Translations under genes and position numbers: made by a program
The notes under the pieces: generated by a model
Database searches by the model: none
What the model was told of the DNA's origin: nothing
What the model saw: the letters and a program-made list of their open reading frames with translations, nothing else
In this document: positions 8,361 to 17,173 of the stretch, piece by piece
Position numbering within the stretch: position 1 is the stretch's first letter
How the letters are laid out: each line of letters starts with the position of its first letter
IMG/VR virus record: IMGVR_UViG_3300036793_000060
Span: 1-64,000 of that record
Length of the DNA stretch: 64,000 nucleotides
Source of the DNA: a virus
Lineage: Duplodnaviria; Caudoviricetes
Reading direction: 5' to 3' (one strand)

Positions 8361-9300
8361 CGGCCCTGTCCACCCACTCGATGAGCCGGCTGCGGATCTC
8401 CAGCTCCTGCTCGTGCACGTGGTCGAGGGTCTCCTGGTCGGTGACGGCCTGGCACGCGGTCTCGATGATCGCGGCGAGGGTGTCCGGGTCGAGGGCCTCT
8501 GCCTGCACCGTGGAGTCCATGTGCTCGCCCCGGACGTCGGTCGCCTTCTGCGGCGCCGTCGGCAGCGAGTAGGCCTCGATCTGCTCGGGCGTGACGATGA
8601 TCCGGCGCCACTCAAGCGGGGGTGCCTCATCCCTCAGCGCGGCCCGCGTCCAGCTGGTGGTGCGCAGTGACGCGTGGAACTCGTTGATGTCGTCGGCCAG
8701 TGAGTCGATGATCGCCAGCCCCGAGGGGTCATAGTCGCCGACGTGCAGCACCACCGCCCGGTCGTGCAGGGCCAGCCGCTGCGCGGTGTCGTGCTTGTCG
8801 GTCAGCGAGTTGAACCCGCCGGCCGAGTACACGTCGATCCCGTACCGGTTGGCGACCCGCGCCGCCTGCGGCGCCATACCGGACGCCTCGACCCACAGCT
8901 CAGCGTGGACGGGCTGCCCGAGCCGCTTGGAAAGCTCGAAGTCCTGCGCCCAGTACCGCACGCTGTGGTAGAAGGACGCCTCGCTGCTCCACCCGCCGGC
9001 CCCGAGCGAGGTCGTGCCGTCGTCGCGGATCGCCTCGAAGCTGATCATCCCGGCCCGCCTCGCCCGGTTCAGGTGCTCGCACAGCCGTGCGTAGGCCTTC
9101 TCGGTCTTGTCGAACCCGTGCTGGCCGACTAGCCGGTAGAAGATCTGACGGGCCGTCAGCGGCAGGTGCTCGCGGTACACCTCAAGGATGCCCTGCACCT
9201 GCCCGATCAGCTCAGCAGGACCCTCGCGCGGCGTCCACGGCGCGAACCCGCGAACCCTCGCGTGGTCGTACGACCTCCCTGATACGGTCTCCCCGCTCAT
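8353..9300 (-). CDS. Toprim-domain protein, Topo VI-A/Spo11/JetD-like
   Basis: LTARQIFYRLV winged helix; LWVEASG, VGDYDPSG, VTPEQI...LP, EALDP Toprim motifs. Confidence 0.75.
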   Translation of the reverse strand: MSGETVSGRSYDHARVRGFAPWTPREGPAELIGQVQGILEVYREHLPLTARQIFYRLVGQHGFDKTEKAYARLCEHLNRARRAGMISFEAIRDDGTTSLGAGGWSSEASFYHSVRYWAQDFELSKRLGQPVHAELWVEASGMAPQAARVANRYGIDVYSAGGFNSLTDKHDTAQRLALHDRAVVLHVGDYDPSGLAIIDSLADDINEFHASLRTTSWTRAALRDEAPPLEWRRIIVTPEQIEAYSLPTAPQKATDVRGEHMDSTVQAEALDPDTLAAIIETACQAVTDQETLDHVHEQELEIRSRLIEWVDRADA

Positions 9301-9605
9301 GCCTCTCCCTCGATCCTGGCCGCAGCCATCTTTGCTGCTATGATCCCGTCCGCCAGCCCGAACTGGGTGACCTGCCCGGCATCCGGCGCCGACCTCACCA
9401 GCTCGGCTGCCCGCTCCAGGCGCCTTCGCAGCCTGGGCCAGCTGCCTGGCAGCACGACGTCCTGCTCCGGCGTCAGGGTCCTTGCCAGCGCCAGCCCGGA
9501 CAGAAGCGGGACCGTCGCGGTGCCGTTGTCCAGGCTGAGCACCAGCTTGCCGATCTCCCTGTCCAGCCACGCCCTCAGGGCGTCCGCCTTCTCTTGCTCG
9601 CTCAC
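9297..9605 (-). CDS. Hypothetical protein
   Basis: Coupled GTG start MSEQEKAD. Confidence 0.55.
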   Translation of the reverse strand: MSEQEKADALRAWLDREIGKLVLSLDNGTATVPLLSGLALARTLTPEQDVVLPGSWPRLRRRLERAAELVRSAPDAGQVTQFGLADGIIAAKMAAARIEGEA

Positions 9606-9868
9606 TGCGGGTTCCCCTTTCCTCTTGCCCTGAAGTACGCGATGACCTGCGCGTACGCAGGCCGAAGCTCCAGCGGCACGTCCCGGTTCGGGACAGCCTC
9701 CAGGAGCCTGGCGATGGAGGCCCACGGCAGCCTGACGAACAGCCGCCGGTTCCTCACCGCCGCCAGCCCGTCTGCGCGGGTCTCCAGCGTCATCCCGGTG
9801 TTGCCGTGATCCGGCGTCAGCCCGTGCACCCAGCCGGTGGTGACCAGCTCCGCCCTCGTGCTGCTCAT
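9602..9868 (-). CDS. Hypothetical protein
   Basis: Coupled ATG start MSSTRAEL. Confidence 0.55.
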   Translation of the reverse strand: MSSTRAELVTTGWVHGLTPDHGNTGMTLETRADGLAAVRNRRLFVRLPWASIARLLEAVPNRDVPLELRPAYAQVIAYFRARGKGNPQ

Positions 9869-10215
9869 CAGGCTTCTCCCTCCTGCCTGGTCACCCAGCG
9901 AGTCTGCCGGCCCTCGTGCGGCCTGCTCGCGTAGACATCCGGCCGGTTGCGCACGATGCACCTGTGGCCCGCGACCGCTCCGCATGCGGGGCAGTCGACG
10001 TGCTCCTCGCAGGCGATCATCGGCCTTGCCTCCCGGATGACGGCTGCCGCCGCCCGCTCTTGCTGAGTCCGGTGGTCTCCCTCCCACGGGCAGTTGCTGC
10101 AGCAGCACCCGGCGCTGTGCTCTGTGACGACCGCGACCGGTATCGCCGACAGGGCGGCGGTTACCACCCCGGCTATCTCCTGCGGCACCTCTACCAGCAG
10201 GAACGCGCTAGTCAT
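9868..10215 (-). CDS. Zn-finger protein (CPxCxA.xG.xC...H.xR type)
   Basis: CPACGAVAGHRC...PHEGR. Confidence 0.6.
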   Translation of the reverse strand: MTSAFLLVEVPQEIAGVVTAALSAIPVAVVTEHSAGCCCSNCPWEGDHRTQQERAAAAVIREARPMIACEEHVDCPACGAVAGHRCIVRNRPDVYASRPHEGRQTRWVTRQEGEA

Positions 10216-10444
10216 GCTCGGGCACCTCCAGCCCGTTCGCCATCCGGACCACGGTGTCCAGCTCGCAGATCGCGATCTCGATGTCCGTCATCCGGTGACT
10301 GTGGTCGATCAGCGCGTAGGCGCTGGCCACCGCTGCGATGGCCGCTGCCTGCTCCGGCGACTGGTAGATCAGGCCCTCTGCCTGCTCGGCCAGCCGTACC
10401 GCCCTCTCCAGGTAGGACTCGGGCAGCTCCCTGCGCTCACTCAT
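10208..10444 (-). CDS. Hypothetical protein
   Basis: Coupled ORF. Confidence 0.55.
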   Translation of the reverse strand: MSERRELPESYLERAVRLAEQAEGLIYQSPEQAAAIAAVASAYALIDHSHRMTDIEIAICELDTVVRMANGLEVPEHD

Positions 10445-10676
10445 GGTCCATCACCGCGTCCACGATGTCGCCGGCCTCGATGGGCCGGATGTTAACTGCG
10501 ATGGCGATCCAGCCGTCATCGCCTGCCTCACGGCAAATGTCGCCGATCTGCTGGTCAAGCGTTGCCTGGATAGCGCGCGAGACCTCCTCGATGATGTGCC
10601 CCACAGGGTCACTGCTCGACTTGACTCGCCTCACTGGCAGCAGGTTCGATGCCCTGCGCCTGCCCTTCCCTGGCAT
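10437..10676 (-). CDS. Hypothetical protein
   Basis: Coupled ORF; start may lie further downstream. Confidence 0.5.
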   Translation of the reverse strand: MPGKGRRRASNLLPVRRVKSSSDPVGHIIEEVSRAIQATLDQQIGDICREAGDDGWIAIAVNIRPIEAGDIVDAVMDHE

Positions 10677-10926
10677 CTTCCGTCTCCCTGTTCTTGTTCC
10701 TGGCCGGTGGCACCTCTGCCATCGCCTGCTCGTACCTGACGGAGCGGAGCGTCACGATCACGTCCACGTAGCCGTCGCGCCCTGCCATGCTGATCGCCCC
10801 GTTCAGGCCATCGGCGATGGCGGCGAGGGTGGCCTGGTAGCCGGCCGACGCCATGGCGCCTTCCGGCTTCCTCCTGCCGCGCGTCATCTCGCGCACGGAC
10901 ATGCGCCTGCGCTTGCTGATCTCCAT
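10609..10926 (-). CDS. Hypothetical protein, first gene of the leftward early operon
   Basis: Directly downstream of the GGAAT-N18-GTT promoter. Confidence 0.55.
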   Translation of the reverse strand: MEISKRRRMSVREMTRGRRKPEGAMASAGYQATLAAIADGLNGAISMAGRDGYVDVIVTLRSVRYEQAMAEVPPARNKNRETEDAREGQAQGIEPAASEASQVEQ

Positions 10927-10951
10927 CCGTCTCCCTTGTCCATTGGCTACG

Positions 10952-10977
10952 AACGCGCCGATAGCAGCCTACATTCC
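10952..10977 (-). promoter_or_regulatory. SigR/SigH-type ECF promoter
   Basis: GGAAT-gtaggctgctatcggcgc(18)-GTT on the minus strand. Confidence 0.7.
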
Positions 10978-11020
10978 CCGGCGGGTATCCTGGCACGAGG
11001 GAAACAGGGAGAGGGAGAGC

Positions 11021-11581
11021 ATGCCTAACACGCCCGTTGCCACAGAGGACTTCGTGTACGCCAACCGTGATGACGGTGCCTCGTACACCGTCCACGGCAG
11101 GCTCATCGGCCACGGGGACAGCAAGGACGACGGCAGGCCGCGCTGGGTCGAGGTCGACATCATCGCGGTCGAGGGGGGCGGCTACGCGCTGCACAGGGTG
11201 GGCGCCAGCCGCGTCTACCACCGCGCGGGCAACACCACGTGCAGGCAGCGCAGCGGCGCCCCGTCCGGGCTTCCCGCCACCAAGGACGACCTGCCGCCGG
11301 ATGCGGTGAGCTGCGACCTGTGCGAGCCGCCCTGGCTGGAAGACCTGGACGACGGAGAGGAAGTCCTGTTCGAGTTCCCGCGCCACAACGTGAAGGCCTT
11401 CGAGAACCCGCTCGACGTTGCCACCGACCTGTTCACGGTCAGGGGCAGGTCGGGCAGCAAGGGCACGCAGGTCTCCCGGCCAGGCTGGCGGGCGCTCGTC
11501 CAGGCGCGCGAGAACGACGATGCATTCGCGCAGGTCAGCACCGACATCACGATAGGCAGAGGACAGGAGCCAGGGAAATGA
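11021..11581 (+). CDS. Hypothetical protein (CxxC)
   Basis: Purine-rich RBS; first gene of the rightward operon. Confidence 0.7.
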   Translation: MPNTPVATEDFVYANRDDGASYTVHGRLIGHGDSKDDGRPRWVEVDIIAVEGGGYALHRVGASRVYHRAGNTTCRQRSGAPSGLPATKDDLPPDAVSCDLCEPPWLEDLDDGEEVLFEFPRHNVKAFENPLDVATDLFTVRGRSGSKGTQVSRPGWRALVQARENDDAFAQVSTDITIGRGQEPGK

Positions 11582-11832
11582 CAGGATGCGGGATACCAGG
11601 GTGCCCGGAGCCGGCCACGGCGTTCGTGCTGCACCAGCCGAGCGCCGCGATGGCACTCGACGGGGGCTGGCAGGCCACCATGCGGTGCAACACCGGCACG
11701 CACCTCGTTGCCGAGGTCGCGCAGCAGGTGCGAGCCTATGACCCGAGGGCGAAGATGATGGTCTTCGCCAGCGCAGACCGGTCCCAGCTCACCGAGGCGA
11801 CCTACACAGCCGAGAAGGTGGGCGCCATATGA
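11578..11832 (+). CDS. Hypothetical protein
   Basis: ATGA-coupled; CGIPGC motif. Confidence 0.55.
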   Translation: MTGCGIPGCPEPATAFVLHQPSAAMALDGGWQATMRCNTGTHLVAEVAQQVRAYDPRAKMMVFASADRSQLTEATYTAEKVGAI

Positions 11833-12419
11833 TCCCGCCCACGGTCCCGGTAGGCATCGGAGACTTCTGCGTGGTCAGCACCGCGACCAGCACGTCCGGG
11901 CTTATCGACGGCCTTGAGTGGCTGTCGGACGCGGTCACACGCAAGAGGCACGGGGGCTGGGAGAAGTGGGACCACGCCCTGGTGTGCACCGACCCCGGCG
12001 ACGCAAGCCACCCGATGATGATCGTCGAGGCCGAGCCGGGCGGCGCCGTCGAGAGGCCCTGGCACTACGACGGCCACCCTCACCAGTGGTCATCCGGCAT
12101 CATCGCGCTCACCCCGGCGCAGCGGACGGCCATCGAGATGGACGCGCACATGCTGGCCGACCGGGGCACCGGGTACGGCTGGATCGACTACCTGGCCCTC
12201 GTCGACCACGCACTGCACATTCCCGCGCCCGGCCTGAAGAGGTTCATCGGCAGCTCGCATACCCTCATTTGCTCGCAATTGGTAGATAGGTGCTACCAAA
12301 GGGCGGGCGTCCAGCTGTTCGATGACGGAAGATGGCCTGGATACGTAATGCCGTCAGACCTGGGAAGCCTGCTATCGGAAGTGACCCCTGGTACAAAGAT
12401 ACCGGGATCTGCTATCTGA
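11829..12419 (+). CDS. Permuted papain-like NlpC/P60 enzyme (YiiX/YaeF, C92-like)
   Basis: WDHAL..., IVEAEPGG, GTGY, ICSQLV...Y..AG, P.DL: His precedes the catalytic Cys (permuted order). Confidence 0.8.
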   Translation: MIPPTVPVGIGDFCVVSTATSTSGLIDGLEWLSDAVTRKRHGGWEKWDHALVCTDPGDASHPMMIVEAEPGGAVERPWHYDGHPHQWSSGIIALTPAQRTAIEMDAHMLADRGTGYGWIDYLALVDHALHIPAPGLKRFIGSSHTLICSQLVDRCYQRAGVQLFDDGRWPGYVMPSDLGSLLSEVTPGTKIPGSAI

Positions 12420-12458
12420 TCATCGTGGCCGTGGTGTGTACTGCCCTTGCATGCGTGC

Positions 12459-12464
12459 TACTGT
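12459..12464 (+). promoter_or_regulatory. -10 element (TACTGT), likely leaderless transcript
   Basis: TAnnnT hexamer 6 nt before ATG 12471, with no Shine-Dalgarno sequence. Confidence 0.45.
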
Positions 12465-12470
12465 GACGGC

Positions 12471-12647
12471 ATGGAACAGGAAGAGTGGCCGGAGTTGATG
12501 ACGGTGACCGAGGTCGCCAGAGTCCTCCGCGTGAGCAAGATGACCGTGTACCGCCTGGTGCACGGTGAGGAGATCAGCTCCAAGAGGGTGGGGCGCGGCT
12601 ACCGGATCCCCGCCAGCTCCCTGCGCGCGTACCTCGCGCAGGCCTAG
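12471..12647 (+). CDS. HTH_17 excisionase-like protein, BdtA/Rv0500A-like
   Basis: LMTVTEVARVLRVSKMTVYRLVHG...RVGRGYRIP. Confidence 0.88.
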   Translation: MEQEEWPELMTVTEVARVLRVSKMTVYRLVHGEEISSKRVGRGYRIPASSLRAYLAQA

Positions 12648-12655
12648 GCCTAGCC

Positions 12656-12814
12656 GTGCAGTGGCAGGCGACCGCCATCCTGCAGAACGGGGCGGTCATG
12701 CTGTTCGGGCTGGCGGCCGAGAACAAGACGATGGCGTCAGCCAAGGCGTGGGGCAGGGTCGCCGCGCTGCTGGTGGCTGACGTCCACGTCGAGGAACTGC
12801 AGGTCATCCGGTTA
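12656..12814 (+). CDS. Small hypothetical protein; apparent end at TTA 12812-12814 overlapping the pol ATG (formal stop at 12940)
   Basis: TTATG overlap mimics TAATG/TGATG coupling. Confidence 0.5.
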
Positions 12815-14574
12815 TGGGTGCCCTGCAGAGCGTCCGGCTTCACCTGGTCGACAATCTGTCCGCGCTCGATGAGTGCCGCAGGTGGGCAGGGAACAGCAGG
12901 CCGTGCCCGCTGTTCTTCGACACCGAGTCCGGCGGGCTGAACCCCTACCGGGACCGGATGCGGCTCCTCCAGCTGGGCGACATGACCGACGGCTGGGCGT
13001 TCCCCGTCCACTGGGCGGGCGCGGCGGCCGAGATCCTGATGGCCTACGAGGGGCCTCTCGGCGCGCACAACCACGGATACGACTGGCGCGTACTGCAGCA
13101 GAACCTGCCAGGCATCCGGCCGCTCTGGCACAAGACCGAGGACTCGCTGACGCTCGGGCACCTGGACGACTCGATGAAGCTGGCTGGCCTGAAGGAGCGG
13201 GCCGAGATAGAGGTCGACCCGACCGCCGCGAGGGGCCAGGCAGACCTCCAGGCGGGCATGAGGGCGAACCGGTGGACGTGGGGCACCGTCCCCGCCACGT
13301 GGGCGCCTTACTGGTGCTACGGCGCGCTCGACCCCGTGCTGGCGGCGCACCTGTGGATGACGCTCGGGCCGCGCGTGCTGCCCAGGTACCGGGAGGCCTA
13401 CGACCTGGAGCGGGCGGTCATCCGGATCTGCGCGGGGATGATGGACCGGGGGATGATGGTCGACCTGCCCTTCATCCGGGAGAAGATCGCCGACATCGAG
13501 CGGTTCACCGCGCAGGCCCTGCCGTGGCTGCGAGAGAACTTCGGCATCGAGACGGTCAACAGCGGGCCGCAGGTGATGCGGGGCCTGAACAGCGCCGGGA
13601 TCCAGACGGTGGTGCTCACCGAGGAGGGCAACCCCTCGATATCCAAGGAGGCGCTTGGCTTCTACGCGGGCGCCTACCCCGAGCACGCGGCGCTGATCAA
13701 CACCATCCGGCTGTGCCGCAAGGCGGGCGACCTGACCGGGAAGTACCTGGGCAAGTTCCTGGCCATGCAAGACGACGGGATCATGCACTACTCGATCTGG
13801 CCATGCCGAGCGCGCACATCGCGGATGAGCGTAACCGACCCGCCGATGCAGACCTACGACCGCGACGAGCCGGTAGTCCGTGGCGCGTACATCCCGAGGC
13901 CCGGCCACGTGCTGGCGCCCATCGACGCCGACCAGTTCGAGATGCGGCTCACCGCGCACTTCAGCGGCGACGCCCAGCTGATCGCTGACTTCCTGGAGGC
14001 CGAGCGGAACGGCCAGTCGTTCTTCGTCCTCGCCAGCGGGAGAATCTACGGGGAGCAGGTCTCCAAGAAGGACCCCCGGTACAACTACACGAAGAACTCC
14101 AGCTACGCGCAGGTGTACGGGGCGTCGCTCCGCAAGGCGGCGGCCACGGCGGGCGTGCCCGAGGCGCAGATGGGCGAGGCCTACTACGGCTTCCAGCGGC
14201 GCTATCCGGGGGTGCCACGGCTCATGCAGCGGCTGATCTACGCCGCGAAGAGGCGGGGAGGCCGGCCATACGCCGACATCATCGACGGGCGGCGGCTCTG
14301 GGTGCCGAGGGGCCACGAGTACGCGATCCTCAACACTGAGGTCCAGGGAGGCCAGGCGGTGCTGATGAAGCGCAAGCTCGTCGAGCTGGACGCGGCCGGG
14401 TTCGGCGAGTTCATGGACCTGACCATTCACGACGAGATCCTCTTCGAGTTCCCCGAGAAGGAGGCGGAGAGAATGCTGGCCCAGGCTACGGAGCTGCTTA
14501 CCGACCGCACGTCGTTGGCAGTTCCCATTACCTGGAGCGGGACAATTCTTAGGGAGAGATGGCGCAAAACATGA
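12814..14574 (+). CDS. polA: Family A DNA polymerase with 3'-5' exonuclease
   Basis: ExoI FFDTES, ExoII HN..YD, ExoIII YGALD; motif A IDADQFEMR, motif B KNSSYAQVYG, motif C IHDEI. Confidence 0.95.
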   Translation: MGALQSVRLHLVDNLSALDECRRWAGNSRPCPLFFDTESGGLNPYRDRMRLLQLGDMTDGWAFPVHWAGAAAEILMAYEGPLGAHNHGYDWRVLQQNLPGIRPLWHKTEDSLTLGHLDDSMKLAGLKERAEIEVDPTAARGQADLQAGMRANRWTWGTVPATWAPYWCYGALDPVLAAHLWMTLGPRVLPRYREAYDLERAVIRICAGMMDRGMMVDLPFIREKIADIERFTAQALPWLRENFGIETVNSGPQVMRGLNSAGIQTVVLTEEGNPSISKEALGFYAGAYPEHAALINTIRLCRKAGDLTGKYLGKFLAMQDDGIMHYSIWPCRARTSRMSVTDPPMQTYDRDEPVVRGAYIPRPGHVLAPIDADQFEMRLTAHFSGDAQLIADFLEAERNGQSFFVLASGRIYGEQVSKKDPRYNYTKNSSYAQVYGASLRKAAATAGVPEAQMGEAYYGFQRRYPGVPRLMQRLIYAAKRRGGRPYADIIDGRRLWVPRGHEYAILNTEVQGGQAVLMKRKLVELDAAGFGEFMDLTIHDEILFEFPEKEAERMLAQATELLTDRTSLAVPITWSGTILRERWRKT

Positions 14575-15305
14575 GCAGCCTTGACGAGAGCAAGGAGCAG
14601 GTAGCCAGCGAGTTCGAGGAAAGGCTGGCTGATTACGAGGGCGCGGCCATTTCCGCGCCGGTACTGCGGCAGGTACTGCGGGACATGCTGAACCGCGCGG
14701 TGATAATCCCTGCCGCTGCAGCCCTGAAGCTGCAGGAGGAGGCCCTTGCCCAGCGAAGGGCGAAGGACCAGGCCTACTCCGAGCGGAATGCGCTGGTCGC
14801 GGTAATGACCAAGGTCTGGCCGTCGCACCTGCTCGATCACCCTCGCAATCTCCCGGACTATGACCCGGAGTACCCGGTGGCTGTGTGCGTGCACATCCCC
14901 GAGGCGGGACAGCAGGGCTGGCATGTCCACCGGGATGAGCTGCACCTGTTCAGCCACCTGAAGGGCCTGGACATCCCGTCCTGCCCCGGCTGGCAGCCCT
15001 ACAGCACGCAGGAAAAGTACCAGCGCCTGGGGCAGCTTCCGGTGCTCCGCAGGGACGCCGTCAGGACCGCGCTGAGGGAGTCATCGGGCAGTGACTTCCA
15101 CGTGAGGGCCGACCTCTGGGACAGGGGCGACCTCGGCTGCAAGTGGGTGAAGTCCGACGCGTTCGGGCGCCCGGTGGCTACGCTGCGGCGCATCGGCTGG
15201 CTCGACCAGAAGGGCCGCGTGTACGTTCACGCGCCCGGAGTTACAGGGTTCGACGGGGGTAGCCTGACCCCGCTGCTCATCGACGTGCGAGAGGACGGAC
15301 ACTGA
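14571..15305 (+). CDS. Hypothetical phage protein
   Basis: AYSERNALVA...GQQGWH...YSTQEKYQRL, a motif pattern I recall from phage hypothetical proteins. Confidence 0.7.
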   Translation: MSSLDESKEQVASEFEERLADYEGAAISAPVLRQVLRDMLNRAVIIPAAAALKLQEEALAQRRAKDQAYSERNALVAVMTKVWPSHLLDHPRNLPDYDPEYPVAVCVHIPEAGQQGWHVHRDELHLFSHLKGLDIPSCPGWQPYSTQEKYQRLGQLPVLRRDAVRTALRESSGSDFHVRADLWDRGDLGCKWVKSDAFGRPVATLRRIGWLDQKGRVYVHAPGVTGFDGGSLTPLLIDVREDGH

Positions 15306-15406
15306 TGCGGAGCTTCTCCAACGGGGCGGGGGCGGACAACCGCGACCCTGACTGCCCCGAGGTAGCTGACCAGCAGCACCAGCTGGCACCCGGCAGGATC
15401 TGAGGA

Positions 15407-15432
15407 GGAACACCGGCCTGCCGGGCAGCGTT
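15407..15432 (+). promoter_or_regulatory. SigR/SigH-type ECF promoter
   Basis: GGAAC-N18-GTT(A). Confidence 0.7.
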
Positions 15433-15469
15433 ATCCGGAGTGCGTGAAGCCAGGAAAGGGAGCAGGGAG

Positions 15470-15595
15470 ATGTCAGTACGGATCGGGTTCTCGGTGGGGA
15501 TCTGGCCGTTCCGCATCTGGATCGGCAAGACCTTCTACAAGAGGAAGAGGCGCAGCCGTGGGGCTTATCAGGCCAGGCGGAGGCAGCGGCCCTAA
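15470..15595 (+). CDS. Small basic protein (41 aa), not in the ORF track
   Basis: MSVRIGFSVGIWPFRIWIGKTFYKRKRR...; strong RBS, directly downstream of the ECF promoter. Confidence 0.55.
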   Translation: MSVRIGFSVGIWPFRIWIGKTFYKRKRRSRGAYQARRRQRP

Positions 15596-15858
15596 CGGGT
15601 CGCCCGGCAGCAGTGACAGGGGCGGGTCCGGGCAGGGTGCCAACGGGCCGCACAGCAAGCCGCCTACCGGCCGCCCGAAGTGAGCCTCAGGCGGCCAGCG
15701 GGCCGGGCGGGCACGCACCCGTCCGGCCCTGCGGGCACCCGCCCTCAGCGGGTGCTGACGATCGAGCGGGGACCATGCGGGTGCGCCACGTGCGAGTGCA
15801 CGTGCCTGACGCTTGCTTGGGTCTGCCCGTGCTGCAAGGCAGGGAGGCACGACGGGAC

Positions 15859-16341
15859 ATGCTCACCCCAGTGACTACGTGGGTCGACCCCGGAGGCATG
15901 ACGGGGGTCGCCACCTACTACAGGGACACCGGCCAGATGTGCGCGTTCGAGTGCGCGCAGATGGACGCCAGCGCGATGGTCTGGTCGCTGTGCGCGGCTC
16001 ACCGCGACTCCCTCGCCATCGGCTGGGAGAAATTCACCATCACGGGAAACACGGCCAAGTTCACCAGGGCGGGGAGCAATGCCGCGATAGAGGTCATCGG
16101 GGTCTGCCGGTGGGCCGCGCACGCATGGTCGTGCACAGTGCTGCCAGCGGCCCAGCAGCACACGCCGGACGCCGCTGACCAGCACCTGCTGAAGTCGCTC
16201 GGCTGGTGGGTGCCCGGCAAGGATGACGCGCAAAGCGCTGCGGCGCATCTCGTAAGGTGGATGCTGCGCAGTAACCAGGCGCCGCCCGTGGTGGCGGCTG
16301 CCGTGCAGATGGCACAGGGATCAGGGAGACAGGGAACATGA
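15859..16341 (+). CDS. RuvC-like Holliday junction resolvase (RNase H fold)
   Basis: WVDPGGMTGVA, IGWEKF, KDDAQSAAAH acidic-residue pattern. Confidence 0.7.
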   Translation: MLTPVTTWVDPGGMTGVATYYRDTGQMCAFECAQMDASAMVWSLCAAHRDSLAIGWEKFTITGNTAKFTRAGSNAAIEVIGVCRWAAHAWSCTVLPAAQQHTPDAADQHLLKSLGWWVPGKDDAQSAAAHLVRWMLRSNQAPPVVAAAVQMAQGSGRQGT

Positions 16342-16790
16342 CCGCGAGAAGGGTCACGCAGATACGCACGGTCGCGCAGCGCAAGGCGGCCAAGATGGCG
16401 AGCATCAGTGACGGGCAGCTCATCTGCCTGTCGATGCACCGCCACGACTTCCCGAGCGACACGCTCTCGCCGAGGGACACCAAGCTCCCCAAGGGCATGG
16501 AGGCGAGGCTGGAGCGCCAGGGGAGCTACCAGATCACCGACACGTGCAGGCGGTGCGGCAAGAAGCGCACGTTCGACACGCCGACCGGGGACCTGTTCGG
16601 CCAGCGGGCCGGCTACAAGTACGAGAGGCCGGACGACCACGTCGTGTTCTCCCGCGATGAGTGCGAGGAGCTTGGCATCTCACCGTCCGCTGACGCGGCT
16701 GTCGAGAGGTTCCACCGGATCGCGCCGCTGATCCAGCGCACCGCGCAACCGGTGACCGAAGTGAAGTTCAAGGGGGCAGGCGCGTCATGA
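16338..16790 (+). CDS. Hypothetical Cys-containing protein
   Basis: CLSMHRH...CRRCG; coupled ORF. Confidence 0.65.
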   Translation: MTARRVTQIRTVAQRKAAKMASISDGQLICLSMHRHDFPSDTLSPRDTKLPKGMEARLERQGSYQITDTCRRCGKKRTFDTPTGDLFGQRAGYKYERPDDHVVFSRDECEELGISPSADAAVERFHRIAPLIQRTAQPVTEVKFKGAGAS

Positions 16791-17173
16791 AGGGCATCAT
16801 CGCCTACGACGACCTCGACGCGGCCGAGGGCAAGCGCACCATCGCCAGCGAGACCGTGCCGCTGTCCCTCGACGGGCAGGATGTCGAGGTCGACCTGTCA
16901 GAGGAGCACGCCAGCGCCCTGCGGGAGTTCCTGCACCCGTACCTGGTGGCGGGCGGCGCGTTCACGTCCAAGGCGTCATCCGGTGCGGGGGGCAAGTGGA
17001 CCGAGCGCCGCGACTACCTGAAGCTGTACCGGCGGTGGGCGGCGAAGAACGGCGTTCACTACATCTCAGAGGGCGGCAGCTACTACTACAGCAAGGACGG
17101 CATAGCCCAGTTCGACGCCTGGCTCGCAACAAGCCGCCAGCAGCTGGCGCCCATTCCGGAGGTAGGCGAGTGA
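16787..17173 (+). CDS. lsr2: Lsr2-like nucleoid-associated protein
   Basis: DDLD....A.ETV..SLDG..VEVDLSEEHA..LRE.L.PY...G dimerisation domain; divergent C-terminus. Confidence 0.85.
   Translation: MKGIIAYDDLDAAEGKRTIASETVPLSLDGQDVEVDLSEEHASALREFLHPYLVAGGAFTSKASSGAGGKWTERRDYLKLYRRWAAKNGVHYISEGGSYYYSKDGIAQFDAWLATSRQQLAPIPEVGE

Noticed and set aside
12447-12647. Excisionase indicating lysogeny
   Set aside because: No integrase or att site in the window, and the sequence is closer to BdtA-like regulators.
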